32,050 nucleotides of DNA from a virus (taxonomy: Duplodnaviria > Caudoviricetes). The notes under the pieces are model-generated. The model ran no database searches. It saw only the letters and a program-made list of their open reading frames with translations, and was not told the DNA's origin. How positions within the stretch are numbered: the first letter of the stretch is position 1; each line of letters begins with the position of its first letter. Positions 8,557 to 16,977 of this stretch are shown here, piece by piece. The stretch covers positions 1 through 32,050 of the IMG/VR virus record IMGVR_UViG_3300033076_000614; one strand, 5' to 3'. A program made the translations under genes and the position numbers.

Positions 8557-8885
8557 TGCACTGCCCGTTCTGCGCGCTGGCTAGTCGCGACGACGGCACG
8601 CACCGCGTGCGCCTGCGTAGTCAGTCCTTCGTTGTGTTCGACGACCGCCGCCCGCGACACGCGACGCATCTGATCGTCGCGCCTCGGGTGCACGCGGAAA
8701 CGTATGAGGAGCTCCGCGTCGCGTACCCAGATGTCGCGGCGCGGCTGCTGCCCTACGCGGCCGAGGTCGCTGCGCGGCTCGGGCTGCGCGGGTATAAGGT
8801 CGTACTCAGTGTCGGGCGCGGAGGCGGCCAGCGTGTGATGCACTCACACGCGCATCTGTTCAGTGATCAGACAGGAGGCGTGTGA
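8556..8885 (+). CDS. HIT (HINT-like) nucleotide hydrolase
   Basis: N-terminal CPFC, FDDRRP..THLIVAPRVH and GGGQRVMHSHAHLF (HxHxH triad). TGATG-coupled to portal. Confidence 0.9.
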   Translation: MHCPFCALASRDDGTHRVRLRSQSFVVFDDRRPRHATHLIVAPRVHAETYEELRVAYPDVAARLLPYAAEVAARLGLRGYKVVLSVGRGGGQRVMHSHAHLFSDQTGGV

Positions 8886-9535
8886 TGGCGAGAGCGAGAA
8901 CGGGAGAGCGGCGCGGCGTTGCACTGGAGCGCAGGCGAGACGCTGCCGCAGCGCGCGGACACAGCCCCGGCATGGCGCAAGGGGCAGAGCATGCGCGTGC
9001 ACTCCATATAGAGGATCTCACTGTGCACGCGAATCGGGCAACGGCTCGCGCGCATATCGGGGGCACAGCTGAACACTACCACGATGCCGAGCGCGCCCAT
9101 CGTGCAGTTGCTTCAGCGTATCGGCTCGAAGGTCGTCACGACGTTGCAGCCATGGCCGACGAGGACGCCGACGAGATGCGCGAGCGAGCACACCGCCTCA
9201 GCGGTAGTCGCGCGCCCGCGTTGCGCGCTGCCCGCGAAGCGGCAGCACTGGCAGATGATTTGCGCCGTGGGAATAGGAGTGCGGCGGATCATCGGTCAGC
9301 CGCGATTCAGCACAGGGTGGCAGCAGACCTGTTCAAGCGGGGTGGGGATGCTGCTCAAGCCTCGGTGTATAGTGCGAGGGCTGCCGAGCATGAAATGCAC
9401 GCGCAGACCCACGCCGCTGCCGGGCACCCACCGAGTGCTGCTCAGCAGCGTCAGCCGCACGCTCTCAAGCAGGGAAAGAAGGGCGGCATGTATTACATCG
9501 GACCTTCGGGTCGAAAGGTCTATGTGAAGGGCTGA
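8885..9535 (+). CDS. Ala/His/Arg-rich helical protein with C-terminal basic GKKGG..YY..GxKVYVK module
   Basis: AGGAGG SD. C-terminus LKQGKKGGMYYIGPSGRKVYVKG. Confidence 0.75.
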   Translation: MARARTGERRGVALERRRDAAAARGHSPGMAQGAEHARALHIEDLTVHANRATARAHIGGTAEHYHDAERAHRAVASAYRLEGRHDVAAMADEDADEMRERAHRLSGSRAPALRAAREAAALADDLRRGNRSAADHRSAAIQHRVAADLFKRGGDAAQASVYSARAAEHEMHAQTHAAAGHPPSAAQQRQPHALKQGKKGGMYYIGPSGRKVYVKG

Positions 9536-9538
9536 TCT

Positions 9539-10021
9539 GTGGGCACGCGAGTCATCATCGGTGGGAGAACGCAGTGGGCGACGCGCGACATCTGGGCGAA
9601 GCGCCCACCGCTTCCCGCGTCCGATCCCGACAAGGCTGCGCCTGTCGTCGACCCTCTCGTGCGCACGCTCAAGGTCGTCGGTGTCCCGTTCTACGATCAA
9701 GAGGATGACCTGCACTACCGCGTTGTCGCCTACCTCGATCCGCGCGCCGGGTGGTGCCTCGCGACGCAGCTCTGCGAGCTCTACCGCGTCTCCTACCTCT
9801 GTCTGCTCGATTGGTGTCGCCGAGGTCACGTCGAGCCCGCGATGGAGAAGGGCAGCCCGACCAAGCGGTTCAAGGCGCGCGACCACGCGGCGCTGCTCAA
9901 GCTCGCAGCGGCATGGCGCGAGAAGCAACCGCCCGCCCGCACCGTGCCCGTGCGCCGTCCGCTCGCGGAGGTGCGCGCAGAGGCCCGCGCAACGAAGCGC
10001 AAGGCGGGCGACGCGCTGTGA
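9539..10021 (+). CDS. Hypothetical protein with possible HTH (excisionase/MerR-like) segment
   Basis: LATQLCELYRVSYLCLLDWCRRGHV resembles a winged-HTH pattern. Confidence 0.55.
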   Translation: MGTRVIIGGRTQWATRDIWAKRPPLPASDPDKAAPVVDPLVRTLKVVGVPFYDQEDDLHYRVVAYLDPRAGWCLATQLCELYRVSYLCLLDWCRRGHVEPAMEKGSPTKRFKARDHAALLKLAAAWREKQPPARTVPVRRPLAEVRAEARATKRKAGDAL

Positions 10022-10206
10022 CCGACAAGCCGAAGCCCCGGCGACGTACGCCACTGCTCGCTTACGCTCTCGCGCATGGGCTGGTGAAGAAGCCTGCTCC
10101 AAAGCCCGCCCCGAAATACCTCGGCGTTCGCTTGCCCCGTGGCGCGCGCGTCCTGCAGTTGGACTTCGGGGACAGTTGGCTCGCTGGTGCTCGAGATGAC
10201 GAGTGA
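10018..10206 (+). CDS. Small basic hypothetical protein
   Basis: GTGA overlap; fills the gap between neighbours. Confidence 0.5.
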   Translation: MTDKPKPRRRTPLLAYALAHGLVKKPAPKPAPKYLGVRLPRGARVLQLDFGDSWLAGARDDE

Positions 10207-11005
10207 CCGCACCATCCCGGTCAAGAAGACTGTGTCGCGTGGCGGAAAGTCATTCGATCAGACGTACCACGTTCTGCGCGACGATCTGAAGCGCGCGCTC
10301 AAACAGAAGGACAAGTCTGCTGCACTCGCGATGGTCGGGACGACGCGCGCGCACGTCCTCAAGTACATCGACGACGACGGGGACACCGGCTACTTCCATT
10401 CATCAATCGGCGGCGCAGCGCGTGAGATGTATTCGGCAGCGAGCATGATCGTCAGCGGGCAGCCGTACAGTGCAGACGCTTTCGCACGCACTGTCGGCCA
10501 CAACGATGCCACCTCCGCGTTCGGCGACAGCACTGCGCAGCACATCGCGCGCCGCATGCATGAGGCTGCGCACAACGACGAGCTCACCGGATGTCTGAAC
10601 GGGCTCAGTTCTTTGTCTCAGGCCGCGTATGACAGCGATCACGTTGAGGTCTATCGCGGGATAGGTTCGGCGCAGGCAAGGCAGATCAGAGACGCGTTCG
10701 CTGATCCGAACGTCCGCGAGATCGTCGTCGGCTTGCGCCCACTGACCTCGTTCAGTGAGGACCACACAGCGGCGCAGAACTTCGCCGATGATCCGATTGG
10801 CGGGCGCCCGAGTGCGCGACAAGCCGGGTCCGGCGTTGTGATCAGAACGCGTCTCCCAACGACTTCGATCATGCTGTCTCACCGAGTCGCCAACGGGATC
10901 GTCGAGCCGGGTAGTTCGCGCATCATGCGGAGCACGTCGGAGGTGGTAGCCTTCACGACCGGCGCGATGGTGATTCGCAGAGAGGATGTGGTGAGCGGGC
11001 TGTGA
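10196..11005 (+). CDS. ADP-ribosyltransferase-like protein (R-S-E clade)
   Basis: Ordered motifs EVYRG, LTSFS-EDHTAAQNFA, GVVIRTRL and SEVV match the ART core. N-terminal basic IPVKKTVSRGGKSFDQTYHV segment. Confidence 0.7.
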   Translation: MTSDRTIPVKKTVSRGGKSFDQTYHVLRDDLKRALKQKDKSAALAMVGTTRAHVLKYIDDDGDTGYFHSSIGGAAREMYSAASMIVSGQPYSADAFARTVGHNDATSAFGDSTAQHIARRMHEAAHNDELTGCLNGLSSLSQAAYDSDHVEVYRGIGSAQARQIRDAFADPNVREIVVGLRPLTSFSEDHTAAQNFADDPIGGRPSARQAGSGVVIRTRLPTTSIMLSHRVANGIVEPGSSRIMRSTSEVVAFTTGAMVIRREDVVSGL

Positions 11006-11448
11006 TCATCGTAGTCGACTTCGACGGCACGGTCGTCCACGACCGCGACCCGCTCGCGCTCCAGCCCGGCGCGCTCGAGGCGCTGCGCGCGATGAAGCGG
11101 GCCGGCCATACGCTGCTCCTCCAGTCCGCACGCGCAGACTGGAGCGAGCGCGTGAACCCCTACGTCTCGCCGCTCGTGCGTCGCCACGTCGAGATCGGAC
11201 TCGGCTTCGACGAGGCGTACTGGCGCGAGCACGTCCAGCCCGAGGCTGAGCGGAGGTATCAGGAGATGCTCGAGTTCGTGGAGCAGGAGCTCCCTGACGT
11301 GTTCGACGCGATCGACGACGGTCGCTCGGGCAAGCTCTACGGCGACGTCTACCTCGACAACCGATCGCGGCGGGTCACTTGCTTGCCGCTGCCCGGTGTG
11401 ATGAACTGGACGCAGGTGGCGAGGCGCTACGGCGACCCGGAGGAGTGA
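11002..11448 (+). CDS. Cap-less HAD-superfamily phosphatase
   Basis: Motif I VDFDGT, motif II SAR, motifs III/IV KLYGDVYLDNR. Confidence 0.85.
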   Translation: MIIVVDFDGTVVHDRDPLALQPGALEALRAMKRAGHTLLLQSARADWSERVNPYVSPLVRRHVEIGLGFDEAYWREHVQPEAERRYQEMLEFVEQELPDVFDAIDDGRSGKLYGDVYLDNRSRRVTCLPLPGVMNWTQVARRYGDPEE

Positions 11449-11452
11449 GCAC

Positions 11453-11863
11453 ATGAACGACGCGGTCAGAGCAGAGCGCAAGAAGGCCGAGGTGCTCCAT
11501 CGGCGCAAGCTGTTCCAGGGGCGAGCGACGGCTCAGGAGGTCCACGCGAAGTACGCCTTCCCGCCTGGTGCGAAGTGCACCGGGTGCGGCAAGCGCGGCG
11601 GGCTCCAGACGCGAGCGATCGTGCTGATGGAGCTCGAGGAGATGAAGCGGCGCGACCCGCTGCTCGCTGACCTCTCCATCGTCGATCCGGTCAAGTTCAC
11701 TCAGCTGATCCTCCAGACGAAGTACGGCCCGTTCATCCGGGTGTCCACGTCCTACGCCTGCCCGACGTGCACGCCCGCACTCGAGAAGGCGATGGCGAAG
11801 TGCCCGAGCTATTGCATCGTCGACATCAATCGAGGCCCCGGCGCTGACAAGGTCATCGGCTGA
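11453..11863 (+). CDS. Zinc-finger-like hypothetical protein
   Basis: GGAG SD. CTGC and CPTC pairs. Confidence 0.75.
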   Translation: MNDAVRAERKKAEVLHRRKLFQGRATAQEVHAKYAFPPGAKCTGCGKRGGLQTRAIVLMELEEMKRRDPLLADLSIVDPVKFTQLILQTKYGPFIRVSTSYACPTCTPALEKAMAKCPSYCIVDINRGPGADKVIG

Positions 11864-12255
11864 TGGCGCGCAGCGGCCCGCACCCTCTCGCCCTTCGTGC
11901 GGTGCGCGCCGCACAGTCTGGGAACTTCGTGCAGGCCGCACGCCTCGCGTTCGGTGCTGGGCGCGCGAACGTCAGTGATCGAGTTCGCGCACAGACGCAG
12001 CCGCTCATTCGTCAAGCGCAGCGCACGATCGCACGCGCAGCACAGCAGGGTGTCAAGTCAGCGAAGGCAGCACTCGGCATCAAGCCAGAGAAGAAGCCGC
12101 GTATGCACAGAGGCCCTGTGACCGCTGCGATGCTCGCCCCCGGCGACAAGTCGGGCGGCGGTGAGTTCCACGATCGACGCATCTTCAAGCGCGGCAAGAA
12201 GGGCGGTCTGTACTACGTCGATGCCAACGGCAAGAAGGTGTACGTCAAGAAATGA
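11863..12255 (+). CDS. Basic protein with C-terminal GKKGG..YY..GKKVYVK module
   Basis: TGATG coupling. C-terminus RRIFKRGKKGGLYYVDANGKKVYVKK. Confidence 0.75.
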   Translation: MARSGPHPLALRAVRAAQSGNFVQAARLAFGAGRANVSDRVRAQTQPLIRQAQRTIARAAQQGVKSAKAALGIKPEKKPRMHRGPVTAAMLAPGDKSGGGEFHDRRIFKRGKKGGLYYVDANGKKVYVKK

Positions 12256-12620
12256 CTCGCGCCGCTGCCGAGTACCTGCGCCACACGCGCCGCGAGGCGG
12301 CTGAGCAGGCACGCCCGCGCGAGCCGATCGAGGAGCGCAAGGCGCTGGCGCGACTTCGGCAGGAGGCGCGCGCAGCGGGTGCTCAGTTGAAGAAGGCGGG
12401 CAAGGGTGGGCTCCCCTCGAGCTTCGCGCTCGGCGCGTACCGCCGAGGCAAGTACGCCTGCGCTGTGCACGGCGATCGGGGCGAAGGCGAGTACGGCGGG
12501 CTCGAGCTCCACCACCGTCGTCACCCGAAGCCGGGGCAACGCGATCGCGTCGAAGACGTCTACGTCGTGTGCTCCAAGGCGCACGATGAGATCCACAATC
12601 CGCAGGGCGAGGAGAACTGA
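12252..12620 (+). CDS. HNH endonuclease-like protein (degenerate)
   Basis: YACAVHG...LELHH...EDVYVVCSKAHDEIH. HNH spacing, but two Zn-binding Cys and the central Asn are substituted. Confidence 0.65.
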   Translation: MTRAAAEYLRHTRREAAEQARPREPIEERKALARLRQEARAAGAQLKKAGKGGLPSSFALGAYRRGKYACAVHGDRGEGEYGGLELHHRRHPKPGQRDRVEDVYVVCSKAHDEIHNPQGEEN

Positions 12621-12623
12621 TCA

Positions 12624-12920
12624 ATGTCGATCTACAAGAGCGAGACGACCCTTCAGTTGGTCGACACGACGTACCCAACGACGCCGCAGGTGAACCTCAG
12701 TTTCCCAGGCGTCGTCGACATCGTGCAGATGACGCACACGAACAACGCAGCCGTCATCGCCAGCTTCGACGGGGTGAACGATCATCTTCGACTGTTCCAC
12801 GGCGGCGGCTCAGACGAGTTCATCAAGTGGCGATCGACGGGGCGTTACTCGAAGGTGTGGCTGCGCGGCGCAGGTTCAGTCGTCACAGTCGCCCAGGTGA
12901 TCGTCGACGGCGGCAGCTGA
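12624..12920 (+). CDS. Small beta-rich hypothetical (possibly virion) protein
   Basis: GAGGAG SD. SFDGVNDH...KVWLRG. Confidence 0.7.
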   Translation: MSIYKSETTLQLVDTTYPTTPQVNLSFPGVVDIVQMTHTNNAAVIASFDGVNDHLRLFHGGGSDEFIKWRSTGRYSKVWLRGAGSVVTVAQVIVDGGS

Positions 12921-12931
12921 CACACGGGTAC

Positions 12932-12960
12932 TTGTTCGCGGTCGCATCGACTGATACGCT
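12932..12960 (+). promoter_or_regulatory. Putative sigma70-type promoter TTGTTC-N17-TACGCT (with TG extension)
   Basis: Intergenic, 17-nt spacer, 21 nt before ATG 12982. Confidence 0.55.
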
Positions 12961-12981
12961 CAGCGGCGAGGTACATCCACC

Positions 12982-13389
12982 ATGGCCGTCCAGCTCTCCA
13001 CCGCTGTCCGCAACGCGCGACTCGACTCGATCGAGTCGACCATCGGCACCAGCGTCATCCTCGAGATCCGCACCGGCACTCAGCCCGCCGACTGCGCCAC
13101 TGCGTCGTCGGGCACGCTGCTCGCGCAGATGACGCTGCCCTCCGACTGGATGGCGGCAGCGTCGGGCGGCACCAAGGCCAAGAGCGGGACCTGGCAGGAT
13201 GCGAGCGCGAACAACACCGGCACCGCTGGGTACTTCCGTATCTTCGACTCGGGCGGCACCGTCTGCGGCCTCCAGGGCTCGGTCACGATCACTGGCGGTG
13301 GCGGCGACATGACGCTCGACAACACCTCGATCGCCACTGGCCAAACTGTCACGATCACCAGCTTCACGCTCACCGACGCGAACGCCTGA
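12982..13389 (+). CDS. Virion structural protein (fibre/spike-associated type)
   Basis: STAVRNARLD...GTLLA...AASGG...GTAGYFRI...GQTVTITSFT pattern typical of small phage fibre-module proteins; Thr/Gly/Ser-rich. Confidence 0.7.
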   Translation: MAVQLSTAVRNARLDSIESTIGTSVILEIRTGTQPADCATASSGTLLAQMTLPSDWMAAASGGTKAKSGTWQDASANNTGTAGYFRIFDSGGTVCGLQGSVTITGGGGDMTLDNTSIATGQTVTITSFTLTDANA

Positions 13390-13670
13390 TGGCGACACAG
13401 GTCGGCACGGCTACGATCGACTTCGGCAGCTCGCCGGGGTCGTCCTACGCGACCGTCACGGTGTCCGGGCAGACGGGTGTGACCTCGTCCACCCACGTCG
13501 AGGCGTGGCTTCAAGGCGACGCGACAGCGACGCACAACGCGGTCGAGCACCTGATCGTGCCCATCACCCTCCGCGTCGGCGATGTCACGACCGGCGCATT
13601 CACGATCCACGCAACCACCGATCACCGACTCACCGGGACGTTCACGGTCCACTGGGTCTGGAGCGACTGA
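13389..13670 (+). CDS. Small beta-rich virion protein
   Basis: TGATG coupling; Thr/Val-rich beta strands ending TVHWVW. Confidence 0.7.
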   Translation: MATQVGTATIDFGSSPGSSYATVTVSGQTGVTSSTHVEAWLQGDATATHNAVEHLIVPITLRVGDVTTGAFTIHATTDHRLTGTFTVHWVWSD

Positions 13671-13673
13671 GCC

Positions 13674-15140
13674 ATGGCCGGATTTCGCATCGAAGGGAAC
13701 ACCTCTGGCAACGTCGCCGAGGTCAACGCCACGAACCAGATCAAGGTCGCGCACAGCGACGACTCGACAAAGAACGGCGTGCTGCCCTCTTCGTCCCGTG
13801 TCGACGCCGGGAACATCACGGGCACGATCCTCGACACTGATCCCGAAGCCGACCAGGATTTCCGCCTTCGCGTCGCTCAGGACCGGCTCGAGTTCTGGGA
13901 GACGTGGGCCGGCGCCGCGCTCAATTCCGCGCAGTGGTCGAGCACTGTCACCACCATGACTACGGCCGTCGGTTCGGCCGAGTGCCAGCTGAACAATGGC
14001 GCGAGCGCAGCGGCCAACGCCGTCGCTCGCGTGACGAGCTACCGAACCTTCGCCATGCCGTCACCCGGCGTCCTCGCGGCGGACTTCACCCTGCGCGTGC
14101 TCACCTCGGCCCCCGGCGTGCTCAACACGACATGGGAGATCGGCTTCTTCATCGCGAGCGGCACGACGGCCCCAACGGACGGCGTGTTCCTTCGCATGAA
14201 CGCGAGCGGCGAACTCCGTCTCGTCGCTAACTTCAACGGCACCGAGGTCCAGTCGGCGACGATCGACTACACCGCGACTCCCACCGGATGGACCGGCGCG
14301 CTGCTTCCGATCACGGAGGCACGGCACGTCATCATCACGGTCCACGACGACTCGGTGCGCCTCTGGATCGAGGACGAGCTCGTCGCAGATGTGGCGTCCC
14401 CGACGTCCACGTCGATGCTGACGATCTCGCAGGCGCTGCCGTTCTGCGTCCGCATCTACAACGGCGCGACGCCTCCCGCGACAGCGACGCAACTCCGCAT
14501 CGGTCCCGTGTCGATCTCGGCGGGCGGCCTCGGTGCGAATCTCACGCTCGCTGAAACTAACTCGCTCAGCGGCGGCGGCAGCTACCAAGGCCAGAGCGGC
14601 GCGACGATGGGCACGACGGCCAACTACGCGAACAGCGCGGCCCCGGCGTCGGCGACGCTCTCCAACACGGCGGCGGGCTACACGACGCTCGGCGGCCAGT
14701 GGCAGTTCGCGGCCGTGGCCGGTGCCGAGACCGACTACGCGCTGTTCGGGTTCCAGGTCCCCGCGCAAGCAGCGGGCTCGCACAACAAGAACCTACTGAT
14801 CTACGGCGTGTCGATCTCGACCATCAACACGGGCGCGGCCGTGGCCACGTCGGTCTCGTCGTTGCAGTGGGGCCTCGCAGTCGGCTCGACGGCGGTGTCG
14901 CTTGCGACCGCTGAGGCAGCGACGACCAAGGCCCCTCGCCGCATCACGCTCGGTCTCCAGTCGTTCGCGGTTGGCGCTGCGATCGGTGCTGTCGCCACCG
15001 ATGTCGTACGTCAGTTCTCGACTCCGCTACTCGCGGAGGCTGGCACGTTCGTGCACGTCATCCTCAAGCTTCCGACGGGCACCGCGACGGCCTCGCAGGT
15101 GATTCGCGGGACGTGCCACATCGACGCGGTTTGGATCTGA
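13674..15140 (+). CDS. Putative fibre/receptor-binding protein (beta-sandwich domains)
   Basis: 488 aa, Ala/Thr/Ser/Gly-rich. Lectin-like segment ARHVIITVHDDSVRLWIEDELVA. Confidence 0.6.
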   Translation: MAGFRIEGNTSGNVAEVNATNQIKVAHSDDSTKNGVLPSSSRVDAGNITGTILDTDPEADQDFRLRVAQDRLEFWETWAGAALNSAQWSSTVTTMTTAVGSAECQLNNGASAAANAVARVTSYRTFAMPSPGVLAADFTLRVLTSAPGVLNTTWEIGFFIASGTTAPTDGVFLRMNASGELRLVANFNGTEVQSATIDYTATPTGWTGALLPITEARHVIITVHDDSVRLWIEDELVADVASPTSTSMLTISQALPFCVRIYNGATPPATATQLRIGPVSISAGGLGANLTLAETNSLSGGGSYQGQSGATMGTTANYANSAAPASATLSNTAAGYTTLGGQWQFAAVAGAETDYALFGFQVPAQAAGSHNKNLLIYGVSISTINTGAAVATSVSSLQWGLAVGSTAVSLATAEAATTKAPRRITLGLQSFAVGAAIGAVATDVVRQFSTPLLAEAGTFVHVILKLPTGTATASQVIRGTCHIDAVWI

Positions 15141-15149
15141 GGAGGGGCG

Positions 15150-15320
15150 ATGCGCACGATCATTCTCAATGGTGGCGATATGGGCGGGCGCAGTCTCGAG
15201 ACTGACGCAGCGATCGGGGCCTCGATCAGCGTGGTGAGCGACGCCGGCTACACCGTCGGGCAGACGCTTCACTACCGCATCGAAGCGGACGGAACCGCGA
15301 CCTATCTCGGGGTTGCGTAG
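15150..15320 (+). CDS. 56-aa hypothetical protein (not in ORF track)
   Basis: GAGGAGG SD. MRTIILNGGDMGG...GTATYLGVA translated by hand. Confidence 0.65.
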   Translation: MRTIILNGGDMGGRSLETDAAIGASISVVSDAGYTVGQTLHYRIEADGTATYLGVA

Positions 15321-15329
15321 AGCTAACCC

Positions 15330-16580
15330 GTGTCGCTGCTCCTCGCGCGTCGGCCGATAAGAGGCACCGCAGCGATCACGCTTGGCAGTCTGACCTCGAG
15401 TGCCGCAGGCACCGTCGAGGTCAGAGGACAAGCAGCGATCACGCTTGGGGCGCTGACTTCTGCGAGTGCCGGCGCTGTCGAAGTTCAAGGTCAGGCAGCG
15501 ATCACCCTCGGTGCGCTGACATTGGCGTCGGCGGGCACCGTCGCTGATGCGACGATCAACGGCGAAGCAGCTATCACGCTCGGGGCATTGACGAGTGCGG
15601 CGGCCGGCACCGTCGAGGTGCAGGGCGCAGCCGCGATCACGCTCGGAGCACTGGCTTCTGCGAGTGCCGGCACCGTCGAGGTGCAAGGCTCAGCCGCGAT
15701 CACGCTTGGCAGCCTGACTTCGAGCTCGACCGGCACAGTCGCGGTCCGAGGGTCGGCAGCGATCACACTCGGCGCGCTTGCTGCTGCGGCGACAGGCACA
15801 GTTGCAGTGCAGGGCCAGGCAGCGATCACGCTCGGTGCTCTGACTTCGAGCTCTGCCGGCACCGTCGCAGCGCAAGGGCAAGCGGCGATCACCCTCGGTG
15901 CTCTGACCGTCGCCGCGACTGCGACTGCCGATGTGCAGGGCACATCGGCGATCACGCTCGGCGCGCTTGCGCTGTCTGCTGCGGGTACGGCCGCTGTGCA
16001 AGGGCAAGCGGCGATCACTCTGGGCGCGCTCACGCTCGCGTCAGCAGGCGCCGTCGATGTGCAGGGCGCAGCCGCGATCACACTCGGCAGCCTGGCCTCG
16101 AGTGCCGCTGGCGCAGTCGAAGTCCAAGGGTCGGCAGCGATCACGCTCGGGGCGCTGACACTCTCAGCCGAGGGCACTGTTTCCGCCGCTGCAATCAGCG
16201 GTCAGGCCGCCATCACGTTCGGCGCGTTGTCGCTTGCATCGGATGCTGTAGTCGCAACGCAGGGCGAAGCGGCGATCACTCTGGGCGCGCTCACTGCGGC
16301 AGCGGCGGGCACCGTCGAGGCACAGGGCGAAGCAGCGATCACGCTTGGGGCGCTGACTTCGAGTTCCGCTGGCGCAGTTGCAGTGCAGGGCGCCGCCGCG
16401 ATCACGCTTGGTGCCCTGACCTCGAGCTCTGCCGGCACCGTGCGCACGTTCCGCCGCTATCACCTCGCGTCTCCTGCGGTGCTCGTTGCCCCCGACGTTG
16501 AGGTCGGGGTTCTGACTGCCCCTGCCGTTCAGTGCCCGACTGTGCTTCAATACGAGGTAGTCGCGCCCGTCGCGGCGTAG
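15330..16580 (+). CDS. Beta-strand repeat fibre protein
   Basis: 17 repeats of about 21 aa, consensus QG-x-AAITLGALT-xxx-AGTV-x-V. Confidence 0.8.
   Translation: MSLLLARRPIRGTAAITLGSLTSSAAGTVEVRGQAAITLGALTSASAGAVEVQGQAAITLGALTLASAGTVADATINGEAAITLGALTSAAAGTVEVQGAAAITLGALASASAGTVEVQGSAAITLGSLTSSSTGTVAVRGSAAITLGALAAAATGTVAVQGQAAITLGALTSSSAGTVAAQGQAAITLGALTVAATATADVQGTSAITLGALALSAAGTAAVQGQAAITLGALTLASAGAVDVQGAAAITLGSLASSAAGAVEVQGSAAITLGALTLSAEGTVSAAAISGQAAITFGALSLASDAVVATQGEAAITLGALTAAAAGTVEAQGEAAITLGALTSSSAGAVAVQGAAAITLGALTSSSAGTVRTFRRYHLASPAVLVAPDVEVGVLTAPAVQCPTVLQYEVVAPVAA
15360..16448 (+). repeat. Coding tandem repeat, 17 units of 63 nt (units 3 and 13 are 72 nt)
   Basis: Recurrent GCGATCAC(G/C/A/T)CT(C/T/G)GG core with synonymous divergence. 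Confidence 0.9.
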
Positions 16581-16589
16581 GAGCGCATC

Positions 16590-16964
16590 ATGTCGTGTTC
16601 GACCAGCGCAGCATCGGGGGCCAACCTCTACGTCGGCGTCCATGGGATCAAGTTCGGGTTCACGATCACAGACGCTTCTCCCGGCGCGCTGCCCGGTACT
16701 CCGCTCGATGTGAGCATCGCCAGTGGCCTCACAGTCACGATCAGGTTCCAGCGCCCAGACACGTTCACTGTGGACGAGGCTGCCGTCTTCTCCGACTTCC
16801 CTGGCGCGACCGGGGACGGCACAGACGGCCGGGTGATGGTGCTGATCTCGGACTCAGACTTCTTTTCGCAAGCAGGCACATGGAGCACGCAGGCGATCGT
16901 CACCGGCACGGGCGTCGAGTACAAGTCTGCGATCAATGCGTTCCCGGTCGGGCGAGGGCTGTGA
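16590..16964 (+). CDS. BppU N-terminal-like (Ig-like) fibre attachment protein
   Basis: PLDVS...TIRFQRPD...DGTDGRV...FSQAGTWSTQA pattern; follows the fibre gene. Confidence 0.6.
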   Translation: MSCSTSAASGANLYVGVHGIKFGFTITDASPGALPGTPLDVSIASGLTVTIRFQRPDTFTVDEAAVFSDFPGATGDGTDGRVMVLISDSDFFSQAGTWSTQAIVTGTGVEYKSAINAFPVGRGL

Positions 16965-16977
16965 ACATGGAGGCGCG

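Noticed and set aside
15360-16448. Regular ~63-nt periodicity resembling a CRISPR array
   Set aside because: Units vary at third codon positions, inter-core segments are homologous rather than unique spacers, the array lies in one ORF and no cas genes are present.
13674-16580. Diversity-generating retroelement acting on the fibre genes
   Set aside because: No reverse transcriptase and no template/variable repeat pair with adenine-specific differences seen in the window.
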